Source: Nitrospira sp. (GTDB taxonomy: Bacteria > Nitrospirota > Nitrospiria > Nitrospirales > Nitrospiraceae). From it: a stretch of 64,000 bases of DNA. The stretch is taken from contig JALHPO010000001.1 in the NCBI GenBank assembly GCA_022842445.1, positions 144,482 through 208,481 on the forward strand, in the 5' to 3' direction. The notes beneath the pieces are model-generated. The model was not told the DNA's origin and searched no databases. It saw only the letters and a list, made by a program, of their open reading frames with translations. The position numbers were made by a program, and so were the translations under genes. Shown one piece after another: positions 17,303-26,626 of the stretch; within the stretch, counting starts at the first letter, position 1; every line of letters starts with the position of its first letter.

Positions 17303-20251
17303 CTACGAACCGGCTCCCAGCACGAGTTGCGTGCGCACGCGCTCGTGGCCCGGATCGGCAGCGCCCGCTTCCAGGAGAAACACCCGCCCGCTCTCCAACT
17401 TCCCGCTTTCCAATAGGCGCGTACGAACTGCTTCACCGCGTTCCATGGCCAGAAATTCAAGATCGGCATCGGTGACAGAAATTTCGGCGAGCACGCGTTC
17501 CTTCATTTCTTCGGCCGTCGGAGGTTTGGACTCGGCCTGATCGGCTGTCTTCTCTGACACGCCGGCCTGTTTGGCCTGGAGTTCGGCAAAGAGTTCCTCC
17601 ACAAACCGCTGCTCCTGCTCCGCAGAAATCTCCACCGGCTCTGCCGACTTTCCACGCTCACGCCGTATCTTCGTCATCAGCCGATCTGTCAACTTGCGCC
17701 TGCGCAATGCCGCCCCATCGAGCACAGCATCGGTTGTTCCCTTGATCTCGAGCCGCAGGCCGGCCCGCTCATCGAGGGCCTGTTCCAGCAATGCAAGTTT
17801 CTTCACTTCATCGTCCGCCAACAACGCGCTGCCGGGCTGAAACTCGACGAATTGCAGATCGTCCCCGCTACCCCCACCCGGTACGAGCTTGCCCAGTAAT
17901 GAAAACGGCGAGGCAACCACTTTTCCAAGCAGATTGAGCAAGGTCGAAATCACAACCCTGCCGTATTTGAAATCCGGATCGGCAAGATTGCCCCGAATGG
18001 GCAGATCGACCTCAATCAACCCCTTGCGATCTTGCAACAGCGCCACTAACAGCGGAACAGGCAACGAGGTGGCATCCGGGCTTTCAACCTTTTGCCCGAA
18101 CGTCAGCTGATCGATCGACACCAGGTTTTCCGCCTCAAGTACCTGCTGCGAGACTTTGTATTTCAGGTCGAGGGAGAGCTTGCCTTTCGACAATCCGTAC
18201 CCGGCGTATTTACCGCTGTAGGGGCCGGCCGGGGTCACATCCATTCCTTGCAGCGTGATGACCAAATCGGTAAAGGCGTCCTCACTCAGTGGATTGATCT
18301 TTCCCGCAATTTTCAGCGGCGCGGCATGGTCGATCTTGCCGGCTAAATCCACATCCGCCTTTTTGATCTGCTTCGATGAAAGCCCCTTGATGGTTCCGCC
18401 GAAGTCCGTCACCCCGGTTTTCACCGGCGGCTCCACGGACAGGTCTCGAAAGATCGCCGCTGCCTTGACCAGCCTGACCTGATCCACGATGATTGTCGGC
18501 GGAGCAGATTTAGCCACCGATTTCCGGCTGGCGTCCTTTGCCGGTTCTCCCTGGGCGTCACCAGGCGGAGACGCCACGAGCAGCTTCGACAGATTCAATG
18601 AGCCGTCCGATTCCATAACGGCCTGGACCGCCGGTTCCTGCCACAGAATTTCGCCGATCCGTACCGTTGTCGGCTCGACATCCACCGCCACCCGATTAAA
18701 CGCCAGCGATTTCCACGAACCCACATCCTCGAATTCTTTCCGATCGGTAACCAGGAGCTGATTGACGGCGAGATTGCCTTGAAAGCGAAGCATCGGACCC
18801 GTGGGATGTTCCTTGGCATACTGGACCGATCCGTTGAGATCGATCGCGCCCTCTCTCACATCGGCATCCAGGAATCGGTCGAGGTAGGGCTGAAAGGGAT
18901 GGATGGCGATTTGTGTGATTTTTATCTCCAAGTCGGCCTTCATCGGCTCGACCGCAACCTGCCCTCGCACATCCACGTGGCCGGTCCGATTCAGTTTCAG
19001 AGACAGGCCGACGGGCATCGGTTTTGTGAACGGAATCCGCACGTCCTTTACGGTGACATCCAGCGCATCCACCTCCAGCACCCCCGGCGTCGTCAGCGTA
19101 CGATCCTCAAACGTTGCTTGATAGTTTTTAATCTCAACCACATCGACGCCTACGGTCCAAGGCTCAGACGCCGTCTTTTTGTTCGCAGATACAGGTTCCG
19201 CCGCCTTCTCCCCGCTGCTCCCTGCAGGGGCGAACAACTGTTGAAGATTGACCACGCCGCCGGCATCCATCCACGCATCGAATCGCGCATCCGCGGTATG
19301 CACCTTCTCAACCCGTATGGAACGCTTCTCCAGATCGAACTGGATTCCCTCTACATCGGCCACAGGGATGCTCACGAGCGGCTCCGGCAACCCCCGTTCC
19401 CCGATGGCCAAACCACGAATGGCAAGCTTGCCGTCTTTTACCGTGGCGCGAGGGGCCTGCCCCCGCAAATCGAAGTGATATATTGCTGACAGGGCCAGCT
19501 CACCCTGCTGCATGTCGAATTGAAAGCGATCCTGCACGGCCTGATAGAGGGTCTTGAGTTTCACCCCGGACAAACTCACCTTCCCGTCGGATTCCACCGG
19601 CTCTAACGAGACGGTTCCTTCCCAGGCCAATGCTTCCCCCTTGCCGATCTCAGCCGTGAAGGCATAGGCATTGTCGCTTCCTTGCGTGGTGCTGAAATTC
19701 CGCAGCGTGATCCGAATGGGCACGATGTCCGCCGAAATGGGCTTGGCTTTCGACTCATCCCGGAATTCCACAATGCCGTTGTTGATCTCGAATAACTCGA
19801 TTTCCAGCGGCATCATCCGCTTGGGCTCGCCTGTTGTCGTCTCAGCGGGCGCCGCCGCCTCGTCCGACGGAGGAACAAGCCCCAACAAGTTCAGCTTCCC
19901 TTCACGATTCACCCTGGCCGCCACGAACGGCATGACCAGCCGGATTTCATCGAACCCCAGTGTCTGGAAAAATAGTGTTGTCGCACGCAGATTGACGACA
20001 AATTCTTCGAATCCGAGGATCGGCGCCTGGTCCTGCTCACGCACCTCCAAGCCGTTCAAGCGAAGAGCCAGCGTGAACGGATTGAACGCGACTTCACGCA
20101 CGACGACAGGGTGCTGAAGCTGCTCTGATACGGCCGGGACCCCGTATTCTTTAATAAGATAGGGCAGCAGGACAAATCCGACCAGTGCGTAAAGACCCAC
20201 CAGTCCCACCACAAAACCAGCGAGGAGGCGAGGACGAATGAATCGACGCAT
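17303..20251 (-). CDS. DUF748 domain (AsmA-like) large membrane-anchored protein
   Basis: 982 aa. An N-terminal TM anchor is followed by LLPYLIKEYGVPAVSEQL, which I recognise as the usual DUF748 start, then a long beta-rich repeat region. Confidence 0.65.
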   Translation of the reverse strand: MRRFIRPRLLAGFVVGLVGLYALVGFVLLPYLIKEYGVPAVSEQLQHPVVVREVAFNPFTLALRLNGLEVREQDQAPILGFEEFVVNLRATTLFFQTLGFDEIRLVMPFVAARVNREGKLNLLGLVPPSDEAAAPAETTTGEPKRMMPLEIELFEINNGIVEFRDESKAKPISADIVPIRITLRNFSTTQGSDNAYAFTAEIGKGEALAWEGTVSLEPVESDGKVSLSGVKLKTLYQAVQDRFQFDMQQGELALSAIYHFDLRGQAPRATVKDGKLAIRGLAIGERGLPEPLVSIPVADVEGIQFDLEKRSIRVEKVHTADARFDAWMDAGGVVNLQQLFAPAGSSGEKAAEPVSANKKTASEPWTVGVDVVEIKNYQATFEDRTLTTPGVLEVDALDVTVKDVRIPFTKPMPVGLSLKLNRTGHVDVRGQVAVEPMKADLEIKITQIAIHPFQPYLDRFLDADVREGAIDLNGSVQYAKEHPTGPMLRFQGNLAVNQLLVTDRKEFEDVGSWKSLAFNRVAVDVEPTTVRIGEILWQEPAVQAVMESDGSLNLSKLLVASPPGDAQGEPAKDASRKSVAKSAPPTIIVDQVRLVKAAAIFRDLSVEPPVKTGVTDFGGTIKGLSSKQIKKADVDLAGKIDHAAPLKIAGKINPLSEDAFTDLVITLQGMDVTPAGPYSGKYAGYGLSKGKLSLDLKYKVSQQVLEAENLVSIDQLTFGQKVESPDATSLPVPLLVALLQDRKGLIEVDLPIRGNLADPDFKYGRVVISTLLNLLGKVVASPFSLLGKLVPGGGSGDDLQFVEFQPGSALLADDEVKKLALLEQALDERAGLRLEIKGTTDAVLDGAALRRRKLTDRLMTKIRRERGKSAEPVEISAEQEQRFVEELFAELQAKQAGVSEKTADQAESKPPTAEEMKERVLAEISVTDADLEFLAMERGEAVRTRLLESGKLESGRVFLLEAGAADPGHERVRTQLVLGAGS

Positions 20252-20580
20252 GTGCGATCACGCTCTTGGAAGACTGATGTGAGAAGAGAACTATAGGGGA
20301 CAGACCCATTCCATGTCTACGGAGTACCAGCTGCTCCTCGCAAGAAAGGAATATCGGCATATGTCTCAACAGCAGCATGCTATTGAAGACTGACGAGTAG
20401 CCAGGACAGGTACCCGGCAGAAACTCTCACCCAGTCGGCAAATCCTTCCTCACTGGCCGGTCCCAAAACTCATAACCGCTTCAATCTATTACATCTATTC
20501 AAGCCAAACTCGTTGGCACAGATGTTGAGCTAGAGCACCTCGACTCTCCTTCTTGTGACGTATCCACTGAGGGGCTGAAT

Positions 20581-21828
20581 ATGAGCGACTGGAGCTGGTT
20601 GGGCGCGAGTTGGGATCTGCTGGGCCGTGACATGGCCTTGATCGGTGGCTTTCAGAGTCCGCTGCTGAGTTGGATCGGGGCCGGCGGGATCCTCCTTTTG
20701 TGCCTATGGCACAGCGCCTTTCTCATTCACGGCACGTTGCAAATCCGGCAGGTCATTGCCCGCCTCCACCCGGCCGTCGCCCGCCTCGCCTCCGCGCGCC
20801 ACCACACGTCCCCGGAATGGATCCTGCTCGCCCATGCAAGCAAGAAGCAGCAGCAGCGCGCTCAGACGCAGGGCGCCCGGCGCGACCTGGACGATCTCCA
20901 GGAATTGGACCGTATCATGCGAACCGAACAGACCGTGGCGGACGACTGGCTCTCGTATCGCAAGACGTTTGCGGTGGAGCAGCCCGCGTGGTTCATTGAA
21001 CCGACCGTCTCGACCGAGCGCTCCGCCGCGGAGCATTTTTCGTTTGCCTCGCTCTGCGCGACCCGTCTCAACGTCCGCTTCTACCAACAGCTGCCCTCTT
21101 TTCTGACCGGCGTGGGTTTGATGTTCACGTTCCTGGCCATTTTGATCGGACTGAGCAAACTGCATGCGAACGGATCGCAGATCGAAGGAATTCAAGGGCT
21201 CATTAACGGCCTCGCCGGAAAGTTCGTCACCTCCGTCGTCGGACTCGCATGCGCCAATAGCTTTATGCTTCTGGAAAAATCGTTATGGTACCGGCTCGCC
21301 AAACATCATCGCCGACTGGTATCGCTGCTCGATGCGATGTTTCCCCGGAAGGTACAAGACCGGAACCATCCTCTGTCACAACACCCACCCGTCCCGATCA
21401 ATAGCTCCTTGCAGAACGACTCCGCACATCAGCTGGTCGAGACGGTTCACCATCGTCTGGGCTCAACTGTGTCAGCGCTCACCTCGATCTCCCAATCCCT
21501 CGCAACGCTGGGCAACACACAGAGCCAGTTGAAGCCCGAGCGCCTGGCCGCCGATATCGGGGTTGAAGTACGACGAGCGCTCAAACCATTGCTGGACCCG
21601 TTGCTGGAATCCATTCGAGACCTCACCCATTCCATCGACACACAACAACATCCTGCACCGCCCTCCCATGCGGAAACGGACAAGATGCTTGATCGACTCA
21701 TGACCCGCCTTGATGACGGCCATCTTGTTGTTGGAAACACATCGGCTTCCTGGACCGGAAAGACCGGCGGCAGATGGAGAATCCCCGGTTTCACCCGAGG
21801 GGTACACCACAAGGCAGGAGTGGAATGA
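20581..21828 (+). CDS. MotA/ExbB/ZorA-like membrane protein with C-terminal tail
   Basis: 415 aa with a 3-TM layout (TM1 about aa 30-55, a ~130-aa loop, then LPSFLTGVGLMFTFLAILIGL and GKFVTSVVGLACANSFMLLEKSLWY) resembling proton-channel stator subunits. The ~160-aa hydrophilic tail is unassigned. Its stop overlaps the next start (ATGA). Confidence 0.5.
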   Translation: MSDWSWLGASWDLLGRDMALIGGFQSPLLSWIGAGGILLLCLWHSAFLIHGTLQIRQVIARLHPAVARLASARHHTSPEWILLAHASKKQQQRAQTQGARRDLDDLQELDRIMRTEQTVADDWLSYRKTFAVEQPAWFIEPTVSTERSAAEHFSFASLCATRLNVRFYQQLPSFLTGVGLMFTFLAILIGLSKLHANGSQIEGIQGLINGLAGKFVTSVVGLACANSFMLLEKSLWYRLAKHHRRLVSLLDAMFPRKVQDRNHPLSQHPPVPINSSLQNDSAHQLVETVHHRLGSTVSALTSISQSLATLGNTQSQLKPERLAADIGVEVRRALKPLLDPLLESIRDLTHSIDTQQHPAPPSHAETDKMLDRLMTRLDDGHLVVGNTSASWTGKTGGRWRIPGFTRGVHHKAGVE

Positions 21829-22466
21829 ACTCGCCCTTTGGACAGGACACGTCCGATGGGCCATCCACATTAGCCAGTGGAATTGCCGACCTTATGACCT
21901 CACTGGCGGTGATCTTTATTCTCCTACTGGCGGCCTATATCACCAGGGTCGAAGATGGAAATGCGAAGCCGGCGAGATCCACGAATCCTGCGACGGCCGG
22001 GCGTGACGCGCCGCGACAACCGCATCAGCTGACGGTTGAACGGAACACTGTCGAGCCCAACGTCATGCGCGTCGTTATTCCAGAGGCCATCCTGAATTTC
22101 GAACTGGGCAAGAGCACGCTGTTGCCGCCGGCTGAAGCATTCCTGGCCGATACGATCCCCTACTACGCCACCATGATCTGCGGTCCGCAGGGCCATGAAG
22201 TGGAGTCCTTTGTGATCGAAGGCTATACCGACGACCAGGGGGACGATATCCGCAATCTACGATTGAGCCAGGATCGGTCGTTCGCCGTATTGGTGAAAGG
22301 ATTGGAAGTCATTCGGGCCCGTCTACCCTGGGCCTACGAATGTTTCCAGCAGAAAGCGTCAGCGAACGGACGCGGGCGCCAAGACCTCGTGCGCGATGCA
22401 ACAGGACAGCCGGATCGGGGGAAAAGCCGCCGTGTCATCTTCAAGATTCATTTGCGTCATGCCTGA
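21825..22466 (+). CDS. MotB/OmpA-like protein
   Basis: ORF 21774..22466 trimmed to the ATG overlapping the upstream stop. IADLMTSLAVIFILLL gives a MotB-type TM with a conserved Asp, and VIEGYTDDQGDDIRNLRLSQDRSFAV gives an OmpA-like peptidoglycan-binding motif. Confidence 0.7.
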   Translation: MNSPFGQDTSDGPSTLASGIADLMTSLAVIFILLLAAYITRVEDGNAKPARSTNPATAGRDAPRQPHQLTVERNTVEPNVMRVVIPEAILNFELGKSTLLPPAEAFLADTIPYYATMICGPQGHEVESFVIEGYTDDQGDDIRNLRLSQDRSFAVLVKGLEVIRARLPWAYECFQQKASANGRGRQDLVRDATGQPDRGKSRRVIFKIHLRHA

Positions 22467-22534
22467 CAAAGCGGAATGGTCGAACTGTACCAGCGGCGGG
22501 AGTGAAGAACGTTAGTTCGCTGGAGATGCACGCC

Positions 22535-23923
22535 TCATCGCATGAGCTTCTTTTTGATCACGGCAAGGTTCTCAGGGGTCGAACGCACACGTAGCGTGAG
22601 GCCCGCGGCGGTATATTCTTCGGACAGGATACGCATCCGGGCTCTGATCTCCCCGATCACCCCTTGAGCCGTGAAGGGGATCAGGAACTCCTCGTCGAGC
22701 ATATCACTCTCAAAATACGTCATGATGCGCTCACGCAACGCCTTCACATCTTCTTTGCTCCGCGTAGACAGAAATACGGCGTCGGGATATTCCGACTTCA
22801 GTGCCGCGATCGCTCCCGGTTCGAGACGGTCTTGTTTATTCATTACCAAAAGACTGGGAACACCCGACGCTCCGACTTCGGTTAACACCTTCCGCGTGAC
22901 CTCGAGCTGGGATCGAAAAGAAGGATCTGCGGCATCGACGACAAACAGCAAGAGCGAGGCGCTGGCCGCTTCATCAAGCGTGGACTTAAACGACGCCACC
23001 AAATCATGCGGCAACTTCTTGATAAAGCCGACCGTATCGGTCATGAGCACCTTCGGCCGTGTTTCAGGATACAGAGGCCGGATGGTGGTATCGAGTGTGG
23101 CGAACAGCTTGTCGGCCACGAGCACCTCGCTTCCCGTCATGGCCCGCATGAGCGAGGATTTCCCGGCATTCGTGTACCCGACGAGCGCGACGGTCAATTC
23201 GTTGTCTCGCCTTGCGCGGCGCGTATGATGTTCGTCCCCGATCGATGCCAATTCGGCCCGTAGGGCTTTCATGCGATCGCGTATTCTGCGCTTATCCAGC
23301 TCCAGACTTGTCTCTCCCGCCCCTTTCCCTCCGATTCCCCCGCTTTGCCGCTCGTTGCCGCCGCCGGTTTCACGCACACGTGGCGCAAGATAATTGAGCC
23401 TCGCCAGCTCCACCTGGAGTCGGGCCGCTCTGGTCCGCGCATGCCTGCTGAAAATCTCTATAATGACACCGGTACGATCGAGCACAGGCACTCCGGCGGC
23501 GCGTTCAAGATTTTTCAATTGTGACGGCGACAGATCGCAGTCCACGATGACGATCTGCGCCTGCTGGCGAGAATCAGGCAGGGCCTCGATCGTGTCATCC
23601 GGTTCTTCTTCCTCTGATTCCTCCGCTGCGTCCGATGCCGCCGCCTCTCGCTTCGAAGCCGCTTTGTGCGCCGGTCGTTCAAACGAAGCCGCAGCTGTTC
23701 CCGAACCACCGGTCCACAGCGCCAATTCGGTAAGTTTTCCCCTACCCAGAACCGTCGCAAATTTGTCGGAACTGCGTTTTTGTCTGACCTGGCCGACGAC
23801 GTGATACCCGAGGGTTTTCACAAGACGCGTGAGCTCTTGAAGAGAACTTTCCAATTCCTCCCCGGTTATATGAGGGGTCTGGATCGCCACAAGCACGGCA
23901 CTGGATTGTGAAACCGTCGACAT
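22535..23923 (-). CDS. hflX: GTPase HflX
   Basis: 462 aa. VALVGYTNAGKSSLMRAMTG (G1), DTVGFIKKLPHDLVASFKSTLDE (the HflX signature) and NKQD (G4). Confidence 0.9.
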   Translation of the reverse strand: MSTVSQSSAVLVAIQTPHITGEELESSLQELTRLVKTLGYHVVGQVRQKRSSDKFATVLGRGKLTELALWTGGSGTAAASFERPAHKAASKREAAASDAAEESEEEEPDDTIEALPDSRQQAQIVIVDCDLSPSQLKNLERAAGVPVLDRTGVIIEIFSRHARTRAARLQVELARLNYLAPRVRETGGGNERQSGGIGGKGAGETSLELDKRRIRDRMKALRAELASIGDEHHTRRARRDNELTVALVGYTNAGKSSLMRAMTGSEVLVADKLFATLDTTIRPLYPETRPKVLMTDTVGFIKKLPHDLVASFKSTLDEAASASLLLFVVDAADPSFRSQLEVTRKVLTEVGASGVPSLLVMNKQDRLEPGAIAALKSEYPDAVFLSTRSKEDVKALRERIMTYFESDMLDEEFLIPFTAQGVIGEIRARMRILSEEYTAAGLTLRVRSTPENLAVIKKKLMR

Positions 23924-24059
23924 CGCGTACCTCTCCTTGAGCCTATCTTAGTATAACCACTGCTCGCCAGACCACTTGAAACAGGCGATCAATCCGGGAA
24001 ATCTCTGGGAAACCATGACCAATGGAGGGAGTCAGACAGGACACCATTGAATATAATAT

Positions 24060-24077
24060 ATGGTGCGCCCGGTTGGA
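24060..24077. repeat. 18-bp direct repeat of the tRNA-Arg 3' end (putative distal att site of island A)
   Basis: atggtgcgcccggttgga at 24060-24077 is identical to 30437-30454 (T-stem 3' strand + acceptor 3' strand + CCA + 1 nt). Confidence 0.7.
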
Positions 24078-24388
24078 GAAAGCTCGAACCCATCAAGCCC
24101 ATTAGATACCGATTTTCTTTAAACCTCTAGATGAGAGGAAAGGATCGCGATGTCGATTACACACCGGATCTCTAGCGGGAATCTCTGTAGACATATCTTA
24201 AGCTCCTCCAAAAACAAACAGTTCAAAAGCAGAACATTCTGACAGAATGGGACGGCTCTGACAGATGGTACGAAATAGCCAGAAGATCCCCGCGCGGCGC
24301 GAAGCTGCGGCCGTTAGAACAATTGCTAGACGACGCAACCTTCGCAGTAGTAGAAACAGAGCGATACTTATAGCCCAAGAGGGAGCGG

Positions 24389-25435
24389 ATGCCTGGCCAT
24401 AGCACAGATCGGCGGAAGTGTGTGTATGTCATCGGTGCGGGATTCTCCGCAGGGCTTGGATACCCGCTAACTAGCGATCTATTGTTTCGCCTGTGGGAGA
24501 AGCTTGATAACGATCTGCGGCGCGATCTGTTACGCGTAGTTAAGTTTCACCATCCGGGGTTCAACGCAAAACAGTTTACATCCTATCCAAACATCGAAGA
24601 ACTTCTCTCCGAGATGCTCATTAACGAGAAGCTGTTCAAAGCGAGTCGCCAATACAATGGAAAATTCACAATCGAAAACCTGATCAATCTCCAGCGTGAT
24701 TTGTTGCTAAGCATCGGCAACTGGTTTCATGAATTGTCGGAAGACATCGATTGGAACCCAAAGAGCGATGATTGGCTGCATGACTTCAAGAGCCGCGTCG
24801 AAGACGAGAACGCCGCCGTGATTTCATTCAACTGGGATCTGATTTTGGATAAGCTGCTCTTCGGCGACGAGCTCGGGAAGAACTGCTATCGGCTAGAGTC
24901 ATCTGATGGCGGACCCGTTCTCCTGAAACCTCACGGGTCGCTCAACTGGTTCGAGCATGAGACAGGTCAACACATAAAGGACGAAAAACGCGTCAAGATA
25001 TACCACGGTGAGAACAACAACAGCGTTTACACGTTTCTGCCCTATCGTGCACCCGTTTCGAAGAACAAACGCGTGTACACACCCCTCATCGTACCCCCGG
25101 TCCATCTGAAGCAGTTCGATAAGCCGATATTCACGAAGCTCTGGCAGGACACGGTGTCAGTGATTAGTACGGCAAAAAAAGTTGTGTTCCTTGGCTATTC
25201 GATGCCTGCAACGGACTTGCACGTGCAATTCATCATGCGGTGCGCCTTTCACAATCAGATGGAAGGCGTACTGGAGGAGGGCGGAACGCGGGCACCGAGC
25301 ACGGGTGTAGCTCCGGTGATTATTGTCAATCCGGATCAGTCCGCCGCAAAGCGGATAGCCGCAGTCACGGGGCCGAAGCACAAATGCCGATGGGTGTCAT
25401 CACCGGTCAACGATTGGGTTGCGCGGAAAGCATAA
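24389..25435 (+). CDS. SIR2-like (SIR2_2 family) protein
   Basis: CVYVIGAGFSAGLGYPLTSDLL (GAGxS NAD-binding start), LLKPHGSLNWF (catalytic His context) and VVFLGYSMPATDLHV are the three landmarks I associate with defence-type SIR2_2 domains. GAGGGA RBS. Confidence 0.7.
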   Translation: MPGHSTDRRKCVYVIGAGFSAGLGYPLTSDLLFRLWEKLDNDLRRDLLRVVKFHHPGFNAKQFTSYPNIEELLSEMLINEKLFKASRQYNGKFTIENLINLQRDLLLSIGNWFHELSEDIDWNPKSDDWLHDFKSRVEDENAAVISFNWDLILDKLLFGDELGKNCYRLESSDGGPVLLKPHGSLNWFEHETGQHIKDEKRVKIYHGENNNSVYTFLPYRAPVSKNKRVYTPLIVPPVHLKQFDKPIFTKLWQDTVSVISTAKKVVFLGYSMPATDLHVQFIMRCAFHNQMEGVLEEGGTRAPSTGVAPVIIVNPDQSAAKRIAAVTGPKHKCRWVSSPVNDWVARKA

Positions 25436-25566
25436 ATTTGATTGATAAGTTCTTCCTTGCGCCCATTGTCCGCGTAACTCATTGGTCCCTCGATGGTACC
25501 AGACCAATTTATGAAACGGCGCTGCGTGGGTTCACGTGACCGCGATTTCCAGTCGAAAATCTAATA

Positions 25567-26160
25567 CTAATCGGAGCCGCTACTATTATGATCGAGTTGG
25601 CCATCCGCGCCCGTAAAGAGATTATTCACAGCTTCCATTACATTCCTGATATTCGTCAGGTCGAATGGCACATTGGGCAAATGGATCGATGCCCCTTCCT
25701 TATCTGTCGAGTAACGAAAAGAAAAAGAGCCCTTATCAAGGTCATGGAAGTCTTTGACGACTTGCTCCACGGCCATCAGCGAGTCTGTATCGCCATCTGA
25801 GCCGAGCTCAATAATTATCTTCTTACAGACTTTCCAGAGCTGCCAAAGATTATGGTTTGCGTAATCCTCTGCAGGAATGTCGGTATATCTCCCGTACTGG
25901 TCAATAATCCATTTGATAGCCAACTCTAATCCGTGCCGATAGCAGAACAGAATTGGATAGACGAGTTCATGCCGGAGTAGCTGGTCGGTTGACTGACATC
26001 TCTCGACTAACATTGCTCCAGCCTGCATGTATCCAGCCCAAATATGCACGTGCCGCGCAATTTTGTGTTCAGTGAATTTAACAGCTCGCTGCCAGTCGTT
26101 TTCAGCACGGAGTAGGCGGTCTCCTTTCTTAGGCCACTTAAACTCGCTCTCGACTTCCAT
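25567..26160 (-). CDS. hypothetical protein (197 aa), mostly helical by composition
   Basis: ORF 25567..26199 trimmed to MEVESEFKW (AAGGAG RBS 7 nt upstream). No domain recognised. Same strand as, and downstream of, the helicase gene. Confidence 0.5.
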   Translation of the reverse strand: MEVESEFKWPKKGDRLLRAENDWQRAVKFTEHKIARHVHIWAGYMQAGAMLVERCQSTDQLLRHELVYPILFCYRHGLELAIKWIIDQYGRYTDIPAEDYANHNLWQLWKVCKKIIIELGSDGDTDSLMAVEQVVKDFHDLDKGSFSFRYSTDKEGASIHLPNVPFDLTNIRNVMEAVNNLFTGADGQLDHNSSGSD

Positions 26161-26296
26161 CGTCTGACTCCTTTCTACGGCTTCCCCTTTATTATTCATC
26201 GCCCCTAAGAGCCATCAGAGCCTTTCTTCTGCGATCGTTTGGGATCGGAGCCAGAAAAGCTCCGATGGTCGGGGCCTCTATCTATCAGAGGAACCG

Positions 26297-26476
26297 ATGA
26301 AACTTATCACACGATTTAAACTAGCATCACGGAGTAGAAGCGAACTGTACGCACTTCACCGCTACACCTTTAATGCATTTTGCCAATGCAGGCCCCATAA
26401 CGCTGAGCAACGCACCTGCCTTGCCTCGCTCGCCCATCTCGAAGATAAGACTAACTCATGCTCGATTCAGCCTTGA
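26297..26476 (+). CDS. possible small ORF (59 aa)
   Basis: Below the ORF-track cutoff. GAGGA lies 6 nt upstream of the ATG. My translation is MKLITRFKLASRSRSELYALHRYTFNAFCQCRPHNAEQRTCLASLAHLEDKTNSCSIQP. The N-terminal pattern resembles small conserved hypotheticals I recall from proteobacterial mobile elements (unverified). Confidence 0.3.
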   Translation: MKLITRFKLASRSRSELYALHRYTFNAFCQCRPHNAEQRTCLASLAHLEDKTNSCSIQP

Positions 26477-26626
26477 CGCGCAAAAGCGCAGCCGCCGAAT
26501 GTCAACAGGCGAAAGGCACGCCAGCGTCGAATTAAGGAAAGCTTGGTGATAAGACCAGCCACTACTCGGTATCAAACTGACACAGAGCGCAGCTCATAAA
26601 GACCATCTTCGTCATTCCGAAATACA

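Noticed and set aside
20514-20528. Sigma-54-like element TGGCAC-N5-TTGA upstream of the MotA-like gene
   Set aside because: The -24 box and spacing are good, but the -12 box reads TTGA rather than TTGC, losing the conserved GC dinucleotide. That is too weak to call without experimental data.
20581-22466. Calling the MotA/MotB-like pair a bona fide Zorya system
   Set aside because: No ZorC/ZorD (type I) or ZorE (type II) equivalents are adjacent, because hflX converges directly downstream. The ZorA-like assignment rests only on TM layout and a tail. I kept it as a hypothesis, not an annotation.
24078-24110. Possible second tRNA or pseudo-tRNA extending beyond the 18-bp repeat (tcgaacc also recurs)
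   Set aside because: Beyond the 18 identical bases only a short tcgaacc match remains and no cloverleaf can be folded. I treated it as an att-site repeat, not a tRNA gene.
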